Shown one piece after another: positions 55,127 through 64,000 of a DNA stretch of 64,000 nt. The stretch is taken from contig OZ024741.1 of assembly GCA_964016885.1 (NCBI GenBank), positions 156,984,001-157,048,000 on the forward strand, given 5' to 3'. Each line of letters opens with the position of its first letter. Position 1 is the stretch's first letter. Both the position numbers and the translations under genes were made by a program. The notes below the pieces were generated by a model. The model was given only the letters and a program-made list of their open reading frames with translations, did no database searches and was not told the origin of the DNA. The stretch comes from Eledone cirrhosa (taxonomy: Eukaryota).

Positions 55127-55128
<2 letters not shown>
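54724..55128 (-). mobile_element. Internally deleted mariner derivative with three TIR copies
   Basis: TIRs at 54724-54751, 54886-54913 and 55101-55128, TA-flanked; remnants MELPLNATAKCEFHAVI and DRRITLDGL...VSRSTIHRILTEKLQYR. Confidence 0.85.
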
Positions 55129-55175
<47 letters not shown>

Positions 55176-55704
55176 TATATATAGAGAGAGAGAGAGAGTG
55201 AGATCATCATCATTTAACATATTTTTCCTACTAGCAAGGGTTGGACAGGCTATCACACATAGTCAGCACACTAGTGGAGCCTCTGACCTCATATATTCTC
55301 ATACCAAGTGCTTAGGCAGGCAAGAAGAAGAAGAAAAAGAAGAAGATATAGCTTTGGGACCACCTTTGGCATACAACCACACACATGCTTATATATATAC
55401 ATTCTATATTATATTAGATTATTTATGTTCTTGCATGGAACACAAAATGCTACCTAAGGTTTCAAGGTCCAATTATATTCACACATAAACATATATGAGT
55501 GTGTGTATGATGTAATCATACCAATCACACTATCAACTATGATTACCAGCATGAATACATAGAAACCAACTGAAATTAGCTAAACCCCTCCAGGTATATG
55601 CCTGCCATTTCTACTGATGTAAACATCATTATCAAGATTATAGCCAGATTAAATATATAATCGCCCATCTTCAACACTTGTGTGCTTCCCAGCAATCGTA
55701 ATGA

Positions 55705-55905
55705 CCTTCTTCTTCTTCTTCTTCTTCTTCTTCTTCTTCTTCTTCTTCTTCTTCTTCTTCTTCTTCTCCTTCTCCTCCTCCTCCTCCTTCTTATTCTCCT
55801 CCTCCTCCTCCTCCTCCTCCTCCTTCTTCTTCTTCTTCTTCTTCTTCTTCTTCTTCTTCTTCTTCTTCTTCTTCTTCTTCTTCTTCTTCTTCTTCTTCTT
55901 CTTCG
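55705..55905. repeat. (CTT)n/(CCT)n microsatellite
   Basis: Direct reading. Confidence 0.97.
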
Positions 55906-56208
55906 CCCACTTATTCCTGAGAAGGTCGTGGCAGCAGAGTCCTCAAACACTCCTTCCAGCGAGTCCTGTCAGAAGCAACCATCTCATGAATGTTATCTAA
56001 CCATCTTGCTCAGGGTCTATCCCTGTATCTCCTGCCAGTTGGTTTTGCCTGTAAAATCTGTGTAGCCATTCCTTTCTGAGACACTCTAACCATATGCCCA
56101 TAGTCTCATTTTTATATAGCCGAAGCTATATAAATTCACTATATAAAAATAATTTATTTTTTATCTGGTTATAAGAAATCTTTTACAAGTCATGATAAAC
56201 AATCACCA

Positions 56209-56392
56209 GAGGTGGATTGGCAGTGTCGGTAGCGGGTCGGATGCCATGCTTTGACGTATAGAGTTACGGCCCTTGCCATTCTGAGTTCAAATCCCACCGA
56301 GGTTAACTTTGCCTTACGGGGTCGATAAAATAAAATACCAGTAATGTACTGGGTAATTACTGGCCTTGTGCCAAAAGTAGAAACAATTATTG
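56209..56392 (+). mobile_element. SINE family A
   Basis: Match to other copies with a small core deletion. Confidence 0.9.
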
Positions 56393-58727
56393 TTTTTACA
56401 CCCATTTTTCTGTGCAGATATGAGCTGAGCATATTTTGGGACAATGTTTTATGGCTGGGTGCTCTTCTTGACACCAACCCATTTAGTTGCCTTTTATGAC
56501 ATGCAGAGATATTATGTATCTATTCTAAAAACTGGGCTACACAAAATTCATCATGGAAAAGGGACATAAAAATGTGGTATTTTTCAGAGTTACTTGTATA
56601 TAAACACTCACTCCCAAATTATTGGTGAACGTGAAGGAAGAACAAAAGACATTAAGACAACCATAAAATTAAACCCCAAACCACCCAATTACAACGCAAG
56701 CTACTTAACCACATAGCTACAACTATGTTTAGTTTAGATGTAAATGTTAAAACACTCCTTTATCTTTAATAATGGGGTTAATAGTTAGAACATTTATAAA
56801 CATATTAACAATAATAATTCATCGTTGACATTTGAATATAACTATATAAAAACAAATGTCATGAGATGATATCAAATATTAGAAAAACAATAATCAGTCT
56901 ATATAACAGTTTAATGTCCTTAATATTGCTCCTGTGAATTGATATGAATTGATAGAGTAATTAGAAAGCCTCTTTTGGTCATGACTGACCATAGGCTTTT
57001 ACCAGGAAAGTTCCTCTCCAAGGTGCAAGCCAGGATAAGGTGTTTGGGGTGAAGACCAATAGTCAGTCATGTATGCTAGTCTCCTCCACAATGCCAATGT
57101 TGTTCAAATTAAAGGCAAAGGCCAATACAGCCTGACAGTGTCATCAAAACTCTCTCAACATATATATATATACACTATATATAATGTTGTTTAAGAGTAA
57201 GGAAAAGGCTGTTACATCTTAGCACCAGTGTTACTCATTTTTCATAGCTGAGTGGACTAGAGCAGCATCAAACAAAATGTCAAACACCTCCCAATCAGGG
57301 AGAACCCAACACCCTAACCATTAAGCCACACATTCACATGTGTGTTTGTGTATGTATTAGTGATAGATTAAATTCTCCAGTGTTTATATTCTGGTACTTT
57401 ATTCACCAAACCTGAAATGATAAAAAGTATAGTTGACCACAGTGGGATTTTAATTCAGACTGTAAAGAGCCAGAACAAATAATAAGGTATTTACTCTGAT
57501 GCATTAATATCTTTGCCAATATGCCACCTTTCAAGACAAAGGGATGTTACAAATATGTTTAGGTCTTCAGAGTATCACGTAGATCTGTTTAAGTTTTAGA
57601 TAATCATGACTGATTTCTTTGGAAATGGTAAAGTCAGCCAGAAGCATTGTTAGATAGTGTGTATGTGTATGTGTGTCTGGGTTTTGAACCACCATCAGTT
57701 CTAACAATGAGTTTTCCAGTTGATTTGATCAATGGAACAACCTGCTTGTATAATCAACTTGCAAGTGGGTGAGCATGGACTGGAACATTGTGAAACAAAG
57801 TGCTTTGCTCAAAGACATGGTACTGATAGGAATCGAACTCACAACCATTCATTTGATTAATAATGTCTCAGATATCATTTTTCGTCTTGTAGTGTCCACA
57901 AGAGTGTCAGTTACAAAGCTTGGCTAGATGTGGTTCCGCCACAACTGAACACATTGCTGTCCTTTCACATTAAACTCTGCCAAGTCCAATGCTGTGCAGG
58001 GGTGTTCTGTTCCAGCATATCAGGAAGTGCTGCATAGTCTGTGGTTCGATGTGGCAGTCCCTCGCAACGTCCCCATCCTAACCCTAACCCTAATTAATAA
58101 TAAAACTGAACTGAAAATCAGCTAATACATGTGCTTTATTGGCAACACGACTCTCCCAAAGTATAACTATTTGTTTCAACACATAAGTTCACATCACGAA
58201 ACAATAAATAGAACTGCCCGTAATTCATTGACATTTTGTAATGAGAAAAATGACAAAAATACAGACAATGGATTGCCAGAAATATATTAAGGTGTTGAAA
58301 ATATCACGTAGGTTTGGTTAAATTATACATAATCATGACTGATGTCTATAGAATTGGTAAAGCTAGCTTGAAGGAGCAACTTTAGATTGAATAATATTTC
58401 AGTTCTTTAGATCTAATTGTCACATGACTTGCTTCACACTTCTTTGGAAAACTATCAGCAGAAAAAAAAATCAACAAAAATTATTTGGTGAAAACAACAT
58501 TCTGGTAAATAGAAGAAATATTTACTGGAATTATATTGGTCTAACATTCTATGCGAGGGTGGGGCAGAGTTTTCTTGTTGTTCTCTCTTGTTCTTTTTAT
58601 TTCAATTTGTACTAGTCACTCTTTTTGTCATTCTTTTTACTTCCTTACTATCTTCTGCTCTCTCTCTCTTTCCCTCTTCCCCCTCTCTCTCTCTCTCTTT
58701 TTCTCTCTCTCACTACATATATACATT

Positions 58728-58766
<39 letters not shown>

Positions 58767-59029
58767 ATTTCACTTTGCATTCTAATATTATTACCTAATG
58801 GTTTATCTTGTTTCTTTATTTTCATTTTTTTTTGCTTTGATTACCTTTTATTTTTTGTATCTATCCTTTGTGATCCCGTCTCTATTTTTGTACTCCTGAA
58901 AGGCCAACACATCAAACTTTCTTTCTCCCTTTCCATACAAAGCATGAAACTACTAATAATTTTTGTACATCTGTTTGTCGTTTTCTTGAACTATATATAT
59001 ATATATGTGTGTGTGTGTGTATACAAATA

Positions 59030-59570
59030 TCAATGCACAGGAGCAGTAAACAACAAGAGCACACAGGAAACAAGCTCTATCAACTATTCAGAGAACTCCC
59101 AAGAAATAGTCAACAGTTTCTGCTATCTAGGGGACCAAATTAGCAGTTAGAGTGGGTGTTCTAAAAGTACAGTAGCCAGAGTAATGATTGGTTGGAAAAC
59201 GTTCAGGGAGCTAGTACCACAGCTAGCTACGATAGATCTCTCCCTGAGAGTGAAAAGCAGACTGTATGATACTTTCATGTGAATGGTAATGCTATGTGGT
59301 AGTAAGACCTGGACTTCATGTACGAAAGACTTATGAAGATTGGAAAGAAATGAGCTGAGCATCTTCTGATGGATGTGTAATAGTAGTATACATGAACAGG
59401 AATATAAGGCATCAGGTGTAGTGAGCAGGAGAGGACACTGTGATGGTATGGACACTGTGATGTATGAAGGATGACATCTGCATAAAGAAATGTAGGGTGC
59501 TTGAAGTCAAAGGGGAAGGGAGCAACTCAAGGAAAACTTGGGATGATGTAGGGAGGACCAACCTCATTCA
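59030..59570 (+). mobile_element. Degenerate RTE LINE fragment
   Basis: VNSFCYLGDQIS and downstream similarity to 23690-24240. Confidence 0.85.
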
Positions 59571-59689
59571 GAGATGAACCAAGATGGAGAAAACTCAATA
59601 TTTCATAATACAAGGAATTCACCTTCCTACACAAGTGAAATGAATGCCGAAGAAACAAAAAGGTTTTTACAACATTCAAGTCCTATCAC

Positions 59690-59950
59690 AGTATTTATGC
59701 CAACCGTTTCCTATGATCATGAATTTTGGGTAATGACCAAAAGAAAACGATCATGAATACAAGCAGCTGAAATGGGGGTTCCTCTGAAGGATCTTTGGAC
59801 TAACATTATTCGATAGAGTATGTAGCTCAGAAATCAGAGAGTCACTCCAGGTAGAGCCGCTACTTCTCCATATGGAGCAATCACAGCTCCAATACTATGG
59901 GCATGTGGTTAGAATGTATCAGGAAAGAATTGCTGGACAGATTTTTCAGA
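59690..59950 (+). mobile_element. Fragment of a second RTE lineage (Expander/Rex3-like C-terminus)
   Basis: HEFWVMTKR..IQAAEMG..SSEIRESLQVEPLLLHMEQSQLQYYGHVVRM. Confidence 0.7.
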
Positions 59951-60058
59951 CACCAGTAACATAACACTCTGCCATAATATTTTCATATTTGTTATTTTTG
60001 TAAGTAAATGTTCATAAAATGATGATTAGAGTGATACATGACTTTTGCACCACCCTGT

Positions 60059-60120
<62 letters not shown>

Positions 60121-60139
60121 AAATATTAAACAGAAATAA

Positions 60140-60420
60140 CAAAACAAATGGCACAGCATATGGAAGAAATATATTAGTTTAATGCTTGAAATAGCAGGAA
60201 GAGAGTCTTAACGTTTCAGACACTAGTCCATCAGAAGATAGAGTTAGAAATAGAAGATAAATAGAAATAAAAGAGTGATAAAAGGAAGGTACAGGGAGGG
60301 GGGGGGACAAAAGAGGGGGGAAGCAGGTGTATTCAGTCAGCCATCTTGGGGAGTTGCTGGTCAAGAGGTATCTTATGCATTAGAGAGGTTTAAGAAGGGA
60401 GGTAATCAATGTATATGTGG
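60140..60420 (-). mobile_element. Penelope-like pLTR remnant with degenerate minimal hammerhead
   Basis: Minus strand tcttCTGATGGactagtgtctGAAACGTTaaga; related copies near 18120-18170 and 45740-45790. Confidence 0.55.
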
Positions 60421-61265
60421 GGTGGATATGAGTGTATGCGTGCATGTGTTTGTGTGTTTGTGTGTATGTGTCTGTGTGGATGTGTGTGCACGTGAAGGTG
60501 TGTTCATATGTTTGAAGGATGGGCATTGGACTGTGACAGGCTGGCTGCTGTGAGAGTGTGGATGTGTGAGTGAGCGTGCACGCGTGAACTGACCGACATA
60601 AGGGGGTATACAAGAATGTATATGAATTTCTACATGTACGTATATACACACACACATTTTAGCAGTCGAGAGGGGCTGTATAGAAAAGAGGAGGTAGCAA
60701 ATATGGTGGTGACATGTATATTTCATTACCTGGTATAATCGTAAGAGAAACTGCTTAGCTTCAGATATGACAATATGGTGGTACAACCGTAAACAGCTAA
60801 GCTAGAAGGTGTGAAGTCATTACATGTGTGTAGGTGGATAGAGCCGCACATTTATATATACTTGTATGTATGGTCCTGTAACTTCTGGGAGAGTCATAGG
60901 GGTGCCGTAGTGATATACATCATTCCTAGGGCATTTTAAAACTCGGTGGAGACTATTCTCTTTCCAGGTTTGAATACAGCAGATTTCTACCAGAAAAGGA
61001 TAGAGAGGGTGAAAGAATGGAAGTGAGAAAGAAACACAGAAGGAGAATCGAACTCAGTACTCGACTGGTACTCTTTTGATTGAGCTTCAATGGATGAAAA
61101 GCAAAGTTGACCTTGGAGGGATTTGAACTGAGAGAGCAGAGAGCTAGAAGGAATAATGCACAGCATTCTGCTCAATGTTCTAACAACTCTGCCAATTCGC
61201 TGCCCTATATACATATATACAGATGCATATATATATATATATGTGTGTGCGTGTTTACATATGAG

Positions 61266-61297
<32 letters not shown>

Positions 61298-61622
61298 GTA
61301 GAGGTTATATTTAATTTGTTGGGATTCAACAAGCTTAAACATTTTTTATAACTGATATAAAGCATTCAACAAGTTAGTGGAGTAAATATACAATATATTA
61401 ATAAATGGAAACTATATTTATAAAACCTTAATTATTTTATTATATATATTTCAACCGTTGAGGTTGTCTTTTTTCCGGGTATGTCAATATTTATTTATAA
61501 AACAAATCTGTCTTTTATCTGATGAAAGCGCACCATAATTTACCTTGGTTGCCCTTGAAATATATATAATAAAATAATTATGGTTTTATAAATATAGTTT
61601 CCATTTATTAATATATTGTATA
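61298..61622 (-). mobile_element. TA-embedded fold-back element, family 2
   Basis: Arms ~61386-61454 and ~61555-61622, tail on the left; homologous to 18441-18811. Confidence 0.85.
61513..61574 (+). ncRNA. Minimal type I hammerhead ribozyme motif
   Basis: ttttat-CTGATGA-aagcgcacca...tggttgccctt-GAAAT-ATAT-ATA-ataaaa; 6-bp stem I, palindromic loop III, AUA triplet. Confidence 0.78.
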
Positions 61623-61634
61623 TATATATATATA

Positions 61635-62067
61635 TATATTAATAAGAGGAATTCCAACTTTGTCTGATTTACTCGTTTTATTTACAATCCTTTAAAATGT
61701 ATAATGGTATTATAATGAAATAGTATGATAGAATATTAAATTCTAAGTGTTAATTGAACAAGTACTTTCATGCTTTCGCAATCTTCAGGTTCATAATGTG
61801 TGGTGACAGTCAAGTTTGCAATTTTCAACTGTTGAAAATTGCAAACTTAACTGTCACCACATATTATGGACCTGAAGATTGCGAAAGCATGAAAGTACTT
61901 GTTCAATTAACACTTAGAATTTAATATTCTATCATACTATTTCATTATAATACCATTATATATTTTAAAGGATTGTAAATAAAACGAGTAAATCAGACAA
62001 AGTTGGAATTCCTCTTATTAATATAATCTTCTATACACAATCATACACACCCGTGTATATTTACCTA

Positions 62068-62070
<3 letters not shown>
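61635..62070 (+). mobile_element. Near-perfect palindrome (195-bp arms, centre 61830) with hammerhead motifs and tail
   Basis: About 4 mismatches seen; g(a/g)ac-CTGAAGA-ttgcgaaagcat-GAAAGTACTT-gttc at 61868-61904 (+) and 61756-61792 (-). Confidence 0.9.
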
Positions 62071-62134
<64 letters not shown>

Positions 62135-62139
<5 letters not shown>

Positions 62140-62317
62140 TGACCCCGACGGCAGAGCTCAAGCCGTTTTGACGGCTATTTCTGAAATAGCCGTCGAAACA
62201 GCTTGAGCTCTGCCGTCGGGGTAAAACATTTTCCTATTACCCACTCTACTACCCTAAGTATTGAGTACTCTGGTGCGTTATGGTCCATATGGTTCCTTAC
62301 CACACATCCTTCGTTTT
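62135..62317 (+). mobile_element. TA-embedded fold-back element, family 1
   Basis: Hairpin 62135-62229 centred at 62182 plus tail; homologous to 5987-6174. Confidence 0.88.
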
Positions 62318-63089
62318 ATATATATATATATTGATATATAGTAAGACTTAACAAAAGCAAGAACACTCAACAATATCATTTTATCTGCTTTTCATGCTGA
62401 CAAGGTTTGGACACTCAATACACTATAATCCACAAATAGCATGTCTTGTCCTTAAACATGTATGTATGCATGTATGTAAGCATGAATGCAAGCATGCAAG
62501 TATGTATGCATACATGCATGTATGTATGTATACATGCATGCATGTTTGTATGTATATATGTACACATATATATGTACACATATATATGCATGTAAATGTA
62601 TGTATGTATGTACACACATATATATGCATGTAAGTATGTATGTTGTGTGTGTATGTATGTTTGACTGTACAAACAAAAGAAAAACTACTCAATATATATG
62701 TATAGTTGTATTCACTTATTTTTTCAGAGCTGGTCTGTAATTACACTGGATTTCTCATATTTGTTTCTTGACAAGCAAGAAACACTACTCAGAGTCCATT
62801 TTATATATTTGAATTATACTGGGAAATATTTTGGTATTGTTGTTGTTGTTACTGCTGTTTAATCCCAAATCAGCTTTGAATGATCAGTATGTATGATAAA
62901 TGGTGTCCTATCTGCAATGATACTTCCATTTTGTATATCTAGAACAGGACTTGGGAAATCTCTGATTCTCTACCCTGTTTCTTAGGCATTTTGAAATTTT
63001 TATAATTTATTTATTATTTATTTACTATTAGTTACTTTCTTCCATTTACTCATTATTTCATTGTTTCTCTGCTAGTATTTTCATTGCTA

Positions 63090-63320
63090 AATATCAAGCT
63101 GCTTCCGGCAATTTTAGGTGTCTAGCATCTTTTATATAGGTCTTGCTGTGCAGAACATATAAGCAGCCTGTAGAGTCAAGATATTCTCCTCTGTATCCAA
63201 GATCTTCAACCAACCATTCAAACTTCTAGCCACTGCCCCTTAAGGATTCTAATATGATTGAAATAATAACAATTTTATGGTAATTCCAGATTCTTTGCAT
63301 TTCATATTTGAGTGTTAGCT
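63090..63320 (-). mobile_element. Degenerate R4-like LINE 3' end
   Basis: Minus strand loosely resembles the end of an REL ORF, as at 30540-30720. Confidence 0.45.
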
Positions 63321-63339
63321 AACATTGGTTAGCCAACAG

Positions 63340-63359
63340 ACTTCTTCTTCTTCTTCTTC

Positions 63360-63422
<63 letters not shown>

Positions 63423-63457
63423 TTCTTCTTCTAATTATTATTATTATTATTATTATT
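63340..63457. repeat. (CTT)n/(TTA)n microsatellite
   Basis: Direct reading. Confidence 0.97.
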
Positions 63458-63679
63458 GGCATCTTAAATGCTGTCTGCCTGGCAAAGGAAGCTGTATGGT
63501 GGACTTGCCTAACAGGATAGAGGACAGGTATCTTCCTTTTTGGCCAAATACTCATCAACTCCTTTTTTTCTACTTAAGGAGGAACATGAGGGTAGAGAAG
63601 TAGGTGCAGCATTCTAGTGTGTTTTATGAAAGCTGGGTGAAAGCAACAAGATTGACGAGATTGAATAGGCCAGCTCTGA

Positions 63680-64000
63680 GTTACCATAGCTGAGCAATGA
63701 ACACTTACCACTGGCTCTCACCCAGCTGCCATTGTGTGTTACCATAGTTGAGCAGTGAAAACATACCACTGGCTCTCACCCAGCTGCCATTATGTGTTAC
63801 CATAGTTGAGCAGTGAAAACATACCACTGAGTCTCACCCAGCAGTCAGAAAGTGTTACCATAATTGAACAGAGAAAACATACCACTGACACTCACCCAGC
63901 AGTCAGTCAGTGTTACCATAGCTGAGCAGTGAAAACATACCACTGATTCCCACCCAGCAGTCAGTAAAAACATACCACTAACTCTCACCCAACAGTCAGT
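63680..64000. repeat. 58-bp minisatellite array running off the window
   Basis: Units start gttaccata at 63680, 63738, 63796, 63854 and 63912. Confidence 0.93.

Noticed and set aside
55576-56065. Poly-R, poly-L and poly-F ORFs
   Set aside because: Translations of a (CTT)n microsatellite.
63680-64000. CRISPR-like periodic array
   Set aside because: Whole units repeat with no unique spacers; eukaryotic context and no cas genes.

Overview
AT-rich animal genomic DNA, dense in microsatellites and retroelements; the SINE/RTE content suggests an octopus or other cephalopod (inference). One host gene is supported. It is a minus-strand, multi-exon gene for a secreted, highly acidic, dibasic-site-rich granin/prohormone-like precursor, with coding exons 51777-50481, 49002-48502 and 5818-5492, a probably damaged candidate exon at 43048-42901, and a probable continuation beyond the left edge. 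The rest is intronic or upstream repeat: a near full-length RTE LINE carrying a PHD-like finger plus many truncated copies, Tx1/L1, R4-like and CRE-like LINE fragments, two tRNA-derived SINE families, mariner remnants, MITEs and a solo-LTR-like element. The most striking signal is a set of a dozen or more short fold-back elements sitting in (TA)n tracts and belonging to several unrelated sequence families. Several carry minimal type I hammerhead ribozyme cores (CUGANGA...GAAA...NUH), and most end in a tail containing a covarying stem-loop (ACTC...GAGT, GCTC...GAGC, ACAC...GTGT). They are best read as non-coding, TA-targeted Penelope-like (Naiad-type) pLTR insertions. Coordinates were read by eye; no alignment, folding or database search was run.
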